A stretch of DNA of 64,000 bases. Source: Armatimonadota bacterium. GTDB taxonomy: Bacteria; Armatimonadota; HRBIN16. Both the position numbers and the translations under genes were made by a program. The notes beneath the pieces were generated by a model that ran no database searches, was not told the DNA's origin, and saw only the letters and a list, made by a program, of their open reading frames with translations. Shown here piece after piece: positions 23,727 to 34,003 of this stretch (position 1 is its first letter; each line of letters begins with the position of its first letter). Where the stretch lies: NCBI GenBank assembly GCA_963677485.1, contig OY781964.1, positions 3,072,001 to 3,136,000 of the forward strand, written 5' to 3'.

Positions 23727-25903
23727 ATTCTAGCCGCCACATACTCAATCACCAGCTTCGGACGCATGGCCGTATCGGGGTAGTGCCCGGAGGCCAGCAC
23801 CATCCATTCCGGCACGCCGTTGCGGTTGCTGGGGTAGGTGAAGCGCATCCGAAACTGCGTCAGCCCATCACGGTTGAGCAGCGGCAGCGCATGGGCACGC
23901 AACTGGGAGTATCCAGTCAAACCATCGCGCCACACAATGATCATGCTGCCAGCATCCAGCACGTCAGGCTTGGCTTGATAATCTACGGCATCTAACCCGA
24001 TCGATGGGCCGAAGGACCCCTGCTTAAGGTCAATACGGCACTTATTGCCCCACTCAGGAAGCCATTGCCAGGGTGTGATCCATGGGCTCTTGGGATCGCC
24101 CTGGTTGCTCACGCGGCTTACCATTAGGGTGGCAGACTGGATTTGGGCCCCTTCGGGAATCACGGAGGTATCAAACGACAGTATCAGCCGTGAGGCGCGG
24201 TTGGACACATCGTCACCAAACAGCATCGTGGCACCGATAGGGGAGGGCATTCCGCCTTTGCCGTTGCCCGCTAGATCTTCCCATATGTGCCCGGTCTGAT
24301 CGGGTACGCAAGGAATCTCCAGGCGCACAGCCAGCGGTTTCGCCTTCACGATGGGCAACACCGCGGATTTGCTTTCGGTCTGCCTTAGGGAACTTATCTG
24401 TGCGGTGTCGCCGCTCAGCCGAAGCTGCCTGATCACACCCTGGGCTCCGAGTTTTCGCAGCTCCAGCCAGTTTATGCCCAGGTTCAGGGTCGCGGTCACG
24501 GGTTTTCCAGGCTGCCAACTGCTGTTCGTCTCCGTCAGCCACTGCAGCTTCACGCTGGCCTTCTTCCTGGCAGTGATGCCGATATACCCAGGCATGGCGG
24601 TGCCGAAGAAGCTTCGCGGCGACACCACCCAGCCGGCCTGCTTGCGCCACGAAGCCAGACTGCTCCACGACACCGGCAGGTTCCACACCTCACGAAGCTG
24701 CCCCAGGCGGTTGGATTTGTCTGAATGGTTCATCCCATCGGCTTGGTCGCTGAAGTAGCCGCGTCCATCCCGCTTATACAGCCTGTTGTTGCGCAGCACA
24801 GCCAGGTTTTTAGGGTCACCGCAGACGAGTTCGTAGTTGTCGTGCGAGTGCGCCGGGCCGCGCGCATTACCGACAAACACGTTGTCCACTAAGCTTACGT
24901 TGCGGCTGGGGCCCTCGGTGCTCAGCATGATCAGCCCTGCTGCGTCGTTCTCTCGGAACAGGCACCGCTGCACGGTGATGCCCTCGCAGTTTCCGTCGAT
25001 ATCCAGCCCTTCGCCATCGCCGCTTTCGTAGCGGTTGGTGCTGCTGAACTCACTGTCCTCAACGCGCACATTCACGGAGCTGCCCAGGAACAGGCTGCAG
25101 GCACCATACCAGTTAGCCCCTCCTCCTTCACGCGAGACGATGTGCCGGATGCGGCCATTGGTGATGCCTGTCGCGGCAAAGATTCCGTAGCCGCAGCGGG
25201 TGGCCACGCACTCCTCCATCGTCACATTCATCAGCCGTGAGCGGTTGGGGCGAGGGAAGAAGAAAGCTGAGTAAAACCCAGATCCACCCAGATCAGTAAA
25301 ACTGCACTGTTTTACATGAACACCGTCTATGACCGTACCCTTGTCACCGACTTTCCCGCCGACAAACACGCCCGCACTCCAGGCGATCTCCAGTTCGTTA
25401 TGAGGCAGCACCGGATTGGCGGTGTTGTCCAGCATATCGCGGAAATCGCATCGCGCGACCGTCACCGAGCGGTTCCCCAGGCTTTTCTCGTAGCGAAGAT
25501 ACAAGCCAATCTTGGCATGCTGCATCTGCAGGTCGGTGATGGTCCAGTAACATGGGTTCTCAATCTGCACGCATCGGTCCAGAACGTAGCTCTTGCGCTG
25601 GATGATCGGCTTCGCACCTTTTCCGTAGGCACCAAGGTGGATCAGCTTCTGTGCGGTGCCCTTGCCGCGCAGATGCAGCGTCTGGTTCCAGGTGTCACCG
25701 CGTTTGAGCATCACCTGATCGCCGGGCTGCAGCGTCATCGCGTTCAGCCTGGCAAAGCCCTTCCAAGCCGTCGCCACAGTCAGACCGCTGCGGGCATCAC
25801 TGCCGCTGCTGGAGCTGACATAGTAGTCCATGGCGAATGCGGCAGGAGCGCATAGCGCCAGTGCGGCGATCATCAAGCAAAACCGGCGTGCGGATACCAT
25901 CAT
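23723..25903 (-). CDS. Secreted right-handed beta-helix protein with C-terminal DNRLRE-like domain
   Basis: Signal peptide, YYVSSSSGSD..AWK..LQPGD..LKRG; C-terminal LSFDTSVIPEGAQIQSATL. Confidence 0.75.
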   Translation of the reverse strand: MMVSARRFCLMIAALALCAPAAFAMDYYVSSSSGSDARSGLTVATAWKGFARLNAMTLQPGDQVMLKRGDTWNQTLHLRGKGTAQKLIHLGAYGKGAKPIIQRKSYVLDRCVQIENPCYWTITDLQMQHAKIGLYLRYEKSLGNRSVTVARCDFRDMLDNTANPVLPHNELEIAWSAGVFVGGKVGDKGTVIDGVHVKQCSFTDLGGSGFYSAFFFPRPNRSRLMNVTMEECVATRCGYGIFAATGITNGRIRHIVSREGGGANWYGACSLFLGSSVNVRVEDSEFSSTNRYESGDGEGLDIDGNCEGITVQRCLFRENDAAGLIMLSTEGPSRNVSLVDNVFVGNARGPAHSHDNYELVCGDPKNLAVLRNNRLYKRDGRGYFSDQADGMNHSDKSNRLGQLREVWNLPVSWSSLASWRKQAGWVVSPRSFFGTAMPGYIGITARKKASVKLQWLTETNSSWQPGKPVTATLNLGINWLELRKLGAQGVIRQLRLSGDTAQISSLRQTESKSAVLPIVKAKPLAVRLEIPCVPDQTGHIWEDLAGNGKGGMPSPIGATMLFGDDVSNRASRLILSFDTSVIPEGAQIQSATLMVSRVSNQGDPKSPWITPWQWLPEWGNKCRIDLKQGSFGPSIGLDAVDYQAKPDVLDAGSMIIVWRDGLTGYSQLRAHALPLLNRDGLTQFRMRFTYPSNRNGVPEWMVLASGHYPDTAMRPKLVIEYVAARM

Positions 25904-26043
25904 AGTTACCTCTGTAGCGATGAAACTTGGTTTGGCGAAACTTGGATACCTTTTGTGAACTTCGGAACACGTAAATGATACTGGCTTTCAGATTAACTGC
26001 CGAAAACATCGCCTACTACCTTTGCATCTCGGGGCCGATATGT

Positions 26044-26073
26044 AAAAAGAGGGCAGCTCGTGAAGAGCTGCCC
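26044..26073 (-). terminator. Intrinsic terminator of typA
   Basis: gggcagctc-ttcac-gagctgccc followed by tcttttt on minus strand. Confidence 0.75.
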
Positions 26074-26097
26074 ATCCGGTATCGAAACAGTTGGCGG

Positions 26098-27948
26098 TTA
26101 GCCGCCTTTGCGACGGCCGCTGACCAAACGCTCGGTGGTGTTCAACACACGCTTGCGGAACCGTAGTGCCTCTGGCGTGACCTCCAGCAGCTCATCATCC
26201 TTCAGGAAGCTGAGTGCCTGCTCCAACTGGAACTTCTTGGCGGGGATAATCATGACCGTGGCGTCCTTGGTGCTGCTGCGCACATTGGTCTTCTGACGCT
26301 CTTTGGTGATGTTGACCACCATGTCGTCCTCACGGCTGTTTTCGCCCACGATCATACCTTCATAGCACTCGTCACCAGGCGAAACAAACAGCATGGCGCG
26401 TTCCTGCATCGGCTCGATCATGTAAGCGGTGGCATGGCCACCCTCTTTGGAGATCAAACTGCCGTTCTGGCGGAACACGATGTCGCCACGGAATTTGTCA
26501 TAGCACTTGAATGTGTGCGACATAATGCCCAGTCCACGTGTCCAGCTCAGGAAGTCCGTTCGCAGTCCAATCAGGCCGCGGGTGGGGATATCAAAGATGA
26601 CGCGGTTGCTGCCGCCCTCATCTTTGCCCATCCAGGTGATTTCACCCTTGCGGCGAGATATCTGCTCGATGATCATACCGAGGGCCTCGTCATGCACGTC
26701 GACGGTCAGCTCTTCGATCGGTTCGCACAGTTCGCCGTCAATCTCTTTGGTGATGGCGCGGGGTCGGCTGGCCATCACTTCGAAGCCTTCGCGGCGCATG
26801 GTCTCCAGCAAAATCGCAAGCTGCAGCTCGCCACGGCCCGCCACGTTGATTGAGTCTGGCTGGTCGGTCTCCGACACTCGGAGGCTGATGTTGGTGCGGC
26901 ATTCGCGAATTAACCGTGCGCTCAGGTTGCGCATCATGAGGTATTTACCGCTGCGTCCGGCCCATGGGCCGTTGTTCACGATAAAGTCCATGCTGACGGT
27001 CGGCTCGTCGATCTCGATCAGCGGCAGCACTTCCTGGCAATTCGGGTCGGTAATAGTGCAGCCGATCTGAATGTCTTCCATACCGGCTATCAGCACGATA
27101 TCGCCTGCCTCTGCGACATCGACATCGGTGCGCTTCAGACCATGGTAGCCGAAGATGCGTGTGATCTGGAAGTTTTCGGTGCTGCCGTCACGTTTGGTGA
27201 CGGTGACGACCTCACCCTTGCGGGCACGGCCACGGAGCACCTTGCCGCCAAACAGACGCCCGATGTAGTCATCGTAGTCCAGGTTGGTGACTTGTATCTG
27301 GAAGGGGCCGTCAAGGTCGCCCACAGGTGCTGGCACATACTTCATGATCATGTCAAACAGCGGTTGGATGTCCACGGGCACATCTTCTGGCTTGTTGACT
27401 GCATATCCCAGCGTGGCAGATGCAAAAATGTAGGGGAAATCGAGTGCTTCGGCATCGCATCCCAGTTCAATGAACAGGTCCAGAACCTCGTCGATCACCT
27501 CGTATGGGCGTGCACCAGGGCGGTCGATCTTGTTGACTACCACGATGGGCTTCAGCTTTTGGGCGAGTGCCTTTTTGAGCACGAAGCGCGTTTGGGGCAT
27601 GGTGCCTTCACAGGCGTCCACCAGCAGCAGCACACCGTCCACGCAGCGCAGAATCCGCTCTACTTCGCCGCCAAAGTCGCTGTGACCTGGGGTGTCCACG
27701 ATGTTGATCTTCGTGTCATGCACCAGCACGCTGGTCACTTTACTTAGGATCGTGATGCCTTTTTCGCGCTCCAGATCGTTGCTGTCCATGACGCGCTCTT
27801 CCACAACCTGGTTGAGTCGGAAGGTGCCGGACTGACGGAGTATGGCATCAAGAAGGGTAGTTTTGCCGTGGTCTACGTGGGCGATGATGGCGATATTTCG
27901 GATATCTTCGCGAACGATGGTTTTCTCAGATGGTGTTGGGGCTGACAT
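26098..27948 (-). CDS. typA: Translational GTPase TypA/BipA
   Basis: RNIAIIAHVDHGKTT, DTPGHSDFGGEVER, GRGELQL..RREGFE, ELLEVTP. Confidence 0.98.
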   Translation of the reverse strand: MSAPTPSEKTIVREDIRNIAIIAHVDHGKTTLLDAILRQSGTFRLNQVVEERVMDSNDLEREKGITILSKVTSVLVHDTKINIVDTPGHSDFGGEVERILRCVDGVLLLVDACEGTMPQTRFVLKKALAQKLKPIVVVNKIDRPGARPYEVIDEVLDLFIELGCDAEALDFPYIFASATLGYAVNKPEDVPVDIQPLFDMIMKYVPAPVGDLDGPFQIQVTNLDYDDYIGRLFGGKVLRGRARKGEVVTVTKRDGSTENFQITRIFGYHGLKRTDVDVAEAGDIVLIAGMEDIQIGCTITDPNCQEVLPLIEIDEPTVSMDFIVNNGPWAGRSGKYLMMRNLSARLIRECRTNISLRVSETDQPDSINVAGRGELQLAILLETMRREGFEVMASRPRAITKEIDGELCEPIEELTVDVHDEALGMIIEQISRRKGEITWMGKDEGGSNRVIFDIPTRGLIGLRTDFLSWTRGLGIMSHTFKCYDKFRGDIVFRQNGSLISKEGGHATAYMIEPMQERAMLFVSPGDECYEGMIVGENSREDDMVVNITKERQKTNVRSSTKDATVMIIPAKKFQLEQALSFLKDDELLEVTPEALRFRKRVLNTTERLVSGRRKGG

Positions 27949-28315
27949 GGGTCTCCTTAGGCTGAAATAGCAGGCAGCATGTTTGTATACAGTTTAGTAC
28001 CAGATACATTGTAACAGACGAGGCCTGCCATTGCCGGATTTGAGCACGGATAGCGATTTGGGGGGCGGTGGTAAACGGGTGAATCGGCATGTGAGCTGGT
28101 ATGAATACTAGGCTTGAATGGTCTGAACCGCGGATGACACGGATGGCGCGGAGGCGACTTAACGCTATGACGCCAAGTGGCAAAGGCCGCAAGGGTATTT
28201 GACCGCGCCGGTTTCTCGGTACACTAACGACCGCTGTGCAGCCCATCTCCGGCGCGGTCTGGCGGATAGCCAGTTACCTTTACCTCACCGACGCGACGAT
28301 TACCCGCAAATCAAT

Positions 28316-28501
28316 GCCGCGCCCTGAAGGACGGCGGCTTATTAACCGGTAAGCCGGCTGGAAGCCGGCTGCAGGCATGAAATCTGGTTTGAGAACGTGT
28401 AGAAACGGTGAGGTATGGTGTCTTTGCACTTGGTGTCTCGGTATTTCAGACGTCTTTAGACGGCTTTTCGGATAAGAAGCCGCCGTCCTTCAGGGCGCGG
28501 C
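28316..28501. mobile_element. MITE/REP-like element with 25-bp perfect terminal inverted repeats
   Basis: gccgcgccctgaaggacggcggctt (28316-28340) inverted at 28477-28501; imperfect pairing continues inward. Confidence 0.55.
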
Positions 28502-28641
28502 GTAAGTTGGGGGCAATATACTACCTTCCTGACCTCGCACCCTGGATCGGAACTTAACGAAAGACCGGCCCGGAAAGGGAAAACCGGGCTGGTCGATCAT
28601 GCTTGGGGCGGTCGCACGCCCCGCCCGAATACCAACCGACG

Positions 28642-29157
28642 CTACAATGTCCGCTGCAGCCGCACCATGTCATACATGTTTTTGCCGACCTTCACCTTGC
28701 CTTCACCAACGGACACAAACTTGTGGTGTTTGAAGAACTCCATCGCTTTAGTGTTCTCTTTGAAGACATCTACTGTCACATTAGTGCTCATAGGAAATGC
28801 TTCCGTGGCGGCCTCATACAGGTGAGTGCCCCAGCCATCGCCCTGGTGCGCGGGGTCTACATACAGTGCCGCCAGCTTACGACCGCCGCCACCCTCTTCG
28901 ATCATGAGTGCGAAACCTACGATGCCAATCTCCGGTGCGTCCACCACCCCAAGGTAGTAACTGCTGTCCTGCATCCACTTCAAAAACTGAGCTTCCGTCA
29001 GCCGCAGCCAGGGGATAGCGGGCAGATCCTCGGCCCCAATCACACGGGCGTTAGCATCAAGAAATGAGGCCTTCACAACCTCAATTACCTTTGGAATGTC
29101 GCTCTCGTTCAACTCACGGATGCAACGGTCATTGTAAAGCATGGAAGGGTCCATCAT
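28642..29157 (-). CDS. GNAT family N-acetyltransferase
   Basis: LYVDPAHQGDGWGT (motif A), NTKAMEFFKHHKF. Confidence 0.88.
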   Translation of the reverse strand: MMDPSMLYNDRCIRELNESDIPKVIEVVKASFLDANARVIGAEDLPAIPWLRLTEAQFLKWMQDSSYYLGVVDAPEIGIVGFALMIEEGGGGRKLAALYVDPAHQGDGWGTHLYEAATEAFPMSTNVTVDVFKENTKAMEFFKHHKFVSVGEGKVKVGKNMYDMVRLQRTL

Positions 29158-29323
29158 CTACCTCCGGGTAGTGCCACGGTTGTTGTGGCTTAATTATACC
29201 CAGAGATTGTACTAGTATGAGCACTATTTTAACGGATTTCAAGCAGATTTCAGAATGCGTTGGATTGAGGCGTTGAAGGCGGGGTCTTGGACTGGTATGA
29301 TATGTAGGATATGTAGGACCGCG

Positions 29324-30397
29324 TTATACGATTTCCCCTCCCGCCTCCTGACTTCTTTCTCCTTTCTCCTCCCTGAATAAGCCTGCCATGCGGGCATCAA
29401 GCCAGCTCCAGAACGGCTCATCAAACGCCATGTGTATTGCCAGGGCGTAGATCGGCAGATCATCGCAGTCGGCTGGCAGCTTCACCATATCCTTCTGTGT
29501 ACAAATCATCGCTTCACAGCCAGCAGCCTCAGTGTCAAGCCAAAGCTGCCTTAGCTGCGCCGTGGTGATGGCCTGGTGATCACCCAACCGGCGGCGGATT
29601 TTCAACACAGCACCGAGTTGAATCAAGCTCTGCTCAAACTGCTCAGGGTGGCCCAGCCCGCTGAAGCAGCCCACGTTCCGTCCCTGCAGCCATTCGGCCG
29701 CTACGGAAGCACCATGAGCATCCCTCAGGCATGAAGCACGGCGGGTGCCGGTGAACTTGGGCAAGCCAATCCGTTTAACCGGCTTGAGAGACATCTGCTG
29801 ACCATCGCTACCGGTCAGCACCAGCGCATCAGCTCGGTGCAGGTGGGAAATAGGCTCTCGCAGGTTACCGGCGGGCAAGGGCCAGCCTCCCTCAAACGGA
29901 TCCGCGCCGTTCAACAGCACGATGTCGAGATCACGTTGTAGCTGGTAATACTGAAACCCGTCGTCGAGCAGCAGCAACTGGGGATGGAAGCGGTCGATGG
30001 CGGCTTGGCCCGTGATGCGGCGGTCGCGCCCCACCAGCAGCGGCACCTCTGGCAGGCTTTGTGCGATGAGGTAGGGTTCATCGCCGCTCTGATCGGGTGT
30101 GAGAAGTATGCTCTGGCCATCGGATACCACCGCATAATCACCAGTGATGTGCCCGCCATGGCCGCGACTCAAAATGGCCACCTTGATCCCGCGTTCGACG
30201 AAATGCCGGGCGATGCTGATCACAGCCGGCGTTTTACCGGTGCCTCCACAACTGATGTTGCCGATGCACACCACCGGGACGGAAAGCCTCTGACGCCGGG
30301 GCAACCGCCAGGCCAGATAGAGTTCCAACCCCGCCGCATATAACAGCGAGAGGGGCCAAAATGCGATCAGGCGGATGAGTTTAGCTAGACCGTTCAC
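29324..30397 (-). CDS. lpxK: Tetraacyldisaccharide 4'-kinase
   Basis: CIGNISCGGTGKTP, SRGHGG, GDEP, LDDGFQ, PAGNLREP, TQKDMVK. Confidence 0.95.
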   Translation of the reverse strand: MNGLAKLIRLIAFWPLSLLYAAGLELYLAWRLPRRQRLSVPVVCIGNISCGGTGKTPAVISIARHFVERGIKVAILSRGHGGHITGDYAVVSDGQSILLTPDQSGDEPYLIAQSLPEVPLLVGRDRRITGQAAIDRFHPQLLLLDDGFQYYQLQRDLDIVLLNGADPFEGGWPLPAGNLREPISHLHRADALVLTGSDGQQMSLKPVKRIGLPKFTGTRRASCLRDAHGASVAAEWLQGRNVGCFSGLGHPEQFEQSLIQLGAVLKIRRRLGDHQAITTAQLRQLWLDTEAAGCEAMICTQKDMVKLPADCDDLPIYALAIHMAFDEPFWSWLDARMAGLFREEKGERSQEAGGEIV

Positions 30398-30492
30398 ATG
30401 GATCCACCAAAGTATGCAATTCCGTTGTAAGATATTGATAGCAGGCCGTTAAATGGCCTTCTCATTATAACTTTCTTCAGAGGTGTATCACG

Positions 30493-30777
30493 ATGAGCGA
30501 GCAGGATTTTGAACAGCAAGCTATTGAGTTGCGTCGCAAACTGGTGGCCTGGAATAAATTCCGCAGAGGAAGTCTATCTAGACTGAACCATGATGCACGT
30601 GGGCCTCTCACCTCGATATTGGGTTTCGCCGAGTTGCTGGAAGATGATTCATCCGCCAATGACACTTTGAAGCTATACGCTCAAAGGATCATTCAGTCGG
30701 CTGAGAAACTAGAAACCATGCTTCTGGATTTCAGTGATGAGCTGAAAGAATACCCGCCAGACCCATCACTGGACTAA
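30493..30777 (+). CDS. Stand-alone HisKA-like phosphoacceptor domain protein
   Basis: LNHDARGPLTSILGFAELL H-box; 94 aa with no HATPase domain; RBS gaggtg. Confidence 0.75.
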   Translation: MSEQDFEQQAIELRRKLVAWNKFRRGSLSRLNHDARGPLTSILGFAELLEDDSSANDTLKLYAQRIIQSAEKLETMLLDFSDELKEYPPDPSLD

Positions 30778-30789
30778 AATAGACTACAT

Positions 30790-31725
30790 ATGGAATACGC
30801 CATCCAAACCCACGAGCTTACACGCTCGTTCGGCAGTCTGATCGCCCTCAACGACCTGAACCTTCAAGTGCCGCAAGGCACTGTGTTTGGGGTACTCGGT
30901 CCCAATGGGGCGGGCAAAACCACGATGATCCGCTTGTTATTGGGGCTGTTGCGCCCGACATCCGGCAAGGCTGAGGTGCTGGGGTATGACATCAGCACCC
31001 AATCCCACCAGATACGCCAGTACAGCAGTGCGCTGTTGGAGCATGATGGATTGTATGAACGGACCAGCGCTGAGCACAATCTGATGTTCTGGGGGCGAGC
31101 CTGCCGCATGAGCAGCAGCGAGATCCGCAGCAGGATACAGGTAGTGCTGGAGCTGTTCGGTTTGTATGAACGCCGTAAAGACATATTGGGCGAGTGGAGT
31201 CGCGGCATGAAACGCAAACTGGCCGTAGCCCGCGCACTGATGAACGAACCTAACCTGCTGTTCCTTGATGAACCGACGTCGGGGCTGGATCCGGTATCGG
31301 CGGCGGAGATGCGTCAGCACCTATCCGACATCGTCAACCAGCAAGGTGTGACGGTATTCCTCAACACCCACAATCTGGCGGAAGCGGAGCAACTTTGCCA
31401 GCAGATTGCCGTGCTGTCCAACGGATGTCTACTGGCTTGTGATACGCCCGAAAACATCCGGCGTAGTGCCAGCAGCAATGAGGTGCTGATCACCGGATCG
31501 GATTGGCCCGACATGGCCATGGTGCAAGATATCCCCGGTATCATCTCGCTCACACCGCACCCAAATGGACATCTGCAAGTCACACTGGAGCAGGGGGCTG
31601 TGGTGGCGCCGCTCATAAAAGAGCTGGTGATGGCTGGTGCCTCGATAGAAGAGGTGCGCCGCGATACCGCCAGCCTGGAACAGGCCTTGCTGACACTGGT
31701 GGAGGGTAAACCCAATGGTGCGTGA
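30790..31725 (+). CDS. ABC transporter ATP-binding protein (ABC-2 type)
   Basis: GPNGAGKTT, SRGMKRKL, LDEPTSGLD, THNL. Confidence 0.95.
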   Translation: MEYAIQTHELTRSFGSLIALNDLNLQVPQGTVFGVLGPNGAGKTTMIRLLLGLLRPTSGKAEVLGYDISTQSHQIRQYSSALLEHDGLYERTSAEHNLMFWGRACRMSSSEIRSRIQVVLELFGLYERRKDILGEWSRGMKRKLAVARALMNEPNLLFLDEPTSGLDPVSAAEMRQHLSDIVNQQGVTVFLNTHNLAEAEQLCQQIAVLSNGCLLACDTPENIRRSASSNEVLITGSDWPDMAMVQDIPGIISLTPHPNGHLQVTLEQGAVVAPLIKELVMAGASIEEVRRDTASLEQALLTLVEGKPNGA

Positions 31726-32446
31726 TGTGCTCACAATGATTCAAAAGGAGATGTGGGAGTACTGGCAGATGCGGGGCAGCAAGGCACCCTGGAAGGGGCA
31801 CCTGTTCGCGATCATTTTGTTTTCCATATGGCCCGCCATGAGCGGTGCAATGTTGCTGGGCAGTCCCTGGTGCGCACTTATGTGGGCCTGGATAGTCACC
31901 CTCATGACGATGCCGTATGTGGCGGACAGCTTCGCCGGCGAGCGTGAGCGTCATACGATGGATACGCTGCTTTCGTCCAGACTGTCAGACGGGGCGATTG
32001 TGGTGGGGAAACTGCTGTCCGCCAGCCTGTGTTCATGGATCACAGGTATGGCCAGTCTGCCCATTTCTGTGCTGCTTGCTAATGCGATCAGCCCTAACCA
32101 CGTCCCTGTGCATCTGCACCCTACGGTGTGGTTTACCGCCCCCATCCTGGCTTTGAGCATGGCTTTTATGGTGGCCGGTTACAACTCCATTATTGTGGTG
32201 AAAGCGGTCACGGTCAAGCAAGCTACCCAATCCGCCAGCTATGGCTCGATATTTATGATCATCATCCCGCTGCTCGCGATGCGGTTCTTGCCGCAGCATA
32301 CCTTGCAGCAGTTCATGGCCTCTTTGGGGAAACTGCATCCTGTGCCGGTGCTTCTCTCCGCTTCGGCCATCGCGGTGGTGGTTGGGATGATCTGCAGCGC
32401 GTTTGGTTTGATGCGGTTCAGCGGTCTGCGCAAAGACGGCGCGTGA
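31715..32446 (+). CDS. ABC-2 type permease
   Basis: Multi-TM; DSFAGERERHTMDTLLS..GKL motif. Confidence 0.88.
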   Translation: MVRDVLTMIQKEMWEYWQMRGSKAPWKGHLFAIILFSIWPAMSGAMLLGSPWCALMWAWIVTLMTMPYVADSFAGERERHTMDTLLSSRLSDGAIVVGKLLSASLCSWITGMASLPISVLLANAISPNHVPVHLHPTVWFTAPILALSMAFMVAGYNSIIVVKAVTVKQATQSASYGSIFMIIIPLLAMRFLPQHTLQQFMASLGKLHPVPVLLSASAIAVVVGMICSAFGLMRFSGLRKDGA

Positions 32447-32482
32447 CGGGGGGCTGGCCAAGTCGCAGGTGATCAGCCACAG

Positions 32483-32947
32483 TGCCGCGGGTTTAGTCAC
32501 CCCATGAATGGGGTTCCCTCACCGCGCGTCTATGTATATGCAGCCCGCAAGCGGGCGCGGGGTGCACTCCGCCAGCGCCCGCAGGAGCGAAGCGACGCGG
32601 GCAGCCATACGATCAGCGACGGGTGATGGAGCCCCCTGGGGCGATGGAACCCGTCGACGTGGGGCTTGTTGCCTACGTTCCTTGGTGCACGGAATTGTCC
32701 TTAAAGACCGCTGGCATATATCGCATGCTACCGTCCACGCTGCCGCGGGTTTAGTCACCCCATGGGACTGCGTCCCTGAATGGGGTTCCCTCACCGCGCG
32801 TCTAGGTATTTGCAGCCCGCCAGCGGGCGCAGGGAGCCCGCCGCTAGCGCCCGCAGGAGCGAAGTGACGCGGGCAGCAATCTGATCAGCGACGGGTGATG
32901 GAGCCCCCTGGGGCGATGGAACCCGTCGACGCGGGCTTGTTGCCTAC
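32483..32947 (+). repeat. Two tandem copies of a ~180-195-bp multi-hairpin element (family B)
   Basis: Copies at 32483-32676 and 32741-32947, plus a start fragment near 32968. Confidence 0.9.
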
Positions 32948-33130
32948 CTCGCAGGCTAATCAGCCACGGTGCGCTGGTTTAGTCACCTCACGCCACTTCG
33001 GTTACAATACCCATCCGCGTTTATCCGCGTTTATCCGTGGATAAAATGAACCCCATCACAGGACGGGTAGGATGAGTATGACGAGTAGGACATGTTTGCT
33101 TGGCGCCTCCCCTCCTGACTCCTTGTCTCC

Positions 33131-33580
33131 TCACTCCTGTCTCCTCGATTCAAACCAGATGGTAAACGGCCCGTCGTTGCACAGCTCCACCAACATGTGC
33201 GCGCCGAACTGTCCGGTCTGCACCGGCACGCCTTGCTGGCGCAGCAGCTCCGCGGTTAGCAGATACAGCCGTTTCCCCTCTTCAGGGCTCGAGGCCTCGC
33301 TGAAACCCGGCCGTCGGCCCTTGCGCACATCACCATATAGTGTGAACTGGCTGACCAGCAGCAGCTCTCCCCCCACATCCCCCAGGCAGAGGTTGGTTTT
33401 GCCGTTCTCATCCTCAAACAGGCGCAGGTTGATGATCTTCTGAGCAATGATCTGGGCGTCGGCATCGGTGTCGCCCTGCCCCACGCCGACGAACACCAGG
33501 TAGCCCTTGTCAATCGAGGCGATGCATTGCCCGTCTACATTGACCGAGGCACGAGTGGTCCGCTGTATGAGTATGCGCAT
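33131..33580 (-). CDS. dtd: D-aminoacyl-tRNA deacylase
   Basis: MRILIQR, SQFTL, GRRPGF, GQFGAHM..NDGPFT; ATG at 33580 after GGAGG. Confidence 0.96.
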   Translation of the reverse strand: MRILIQRTTRASVNVDGQCIASIDKGYLVFVGVGQGDTDADAQIIAQKIINLRLFEDENGKTNLCLGDVGGELLLVSQFTLYGDVRKGRRPGFSEASSPEEGKRLYLLTAELLRQQGVPVQTGQFGAHMLVELCNDGPFTIWFESRRQE

Positions 33581-33777
33581 GATGAGTCCTCCAAAACAGT
33601 CGTGGTATTCCAAGGGACAATCTACCATAGATGCAATATGGGTGCGAACTCGCGCTGTGTAACATGCGGTTTCCTAGTTGGATGCCATACGGTCGGCACA
33701 AGCATACGATGGGGTTGAGATTTGTGATTCGTTTTTGAATTCAATGCTAATACAACTCCAATGTAACAATCACCCCC

Positions 33778-33806
33778 TTGACATCAGTATGGGTATAAAG
33801 TAAGGT
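33778..33806 (+). promoter_or_regulatory. Candidate sigma70 promoter for the 34004 gene
   Basis: TTGACA-17 nt-TAAGGT. Confidence 0.4.
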
Positions 33807-34003
33807 TATATCAGTCTGGCATAAAAACGGATGCAACGTCGGTGGCAACCCCGCGAAGGGCGTGTAGTTCATAGTGATGATCACGTGGAACAATTGGATC
33901 CTGCCGTCAACCTTCTACGTGTGCAGGACAGGCGACGGGCAGTGCAGTATTCGGGACAAGGTAACTGTTATAGAGCAGGAAGAGCGTATTTGGGAGGTTT
34001 GGT

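Noticed and set aside
32508-32867. Small ORFs over family-B repeats (also 40261-41199 and 48502-48832)
   Set aside because: Frames not conserved between copies; no RBS
33840-33875. c-di-GMP-I riboswitch (ggcaaccccgcgaagggcg)
   Set aside because: Lacks the GNRA-capped P2 and GACGCAAAG elements
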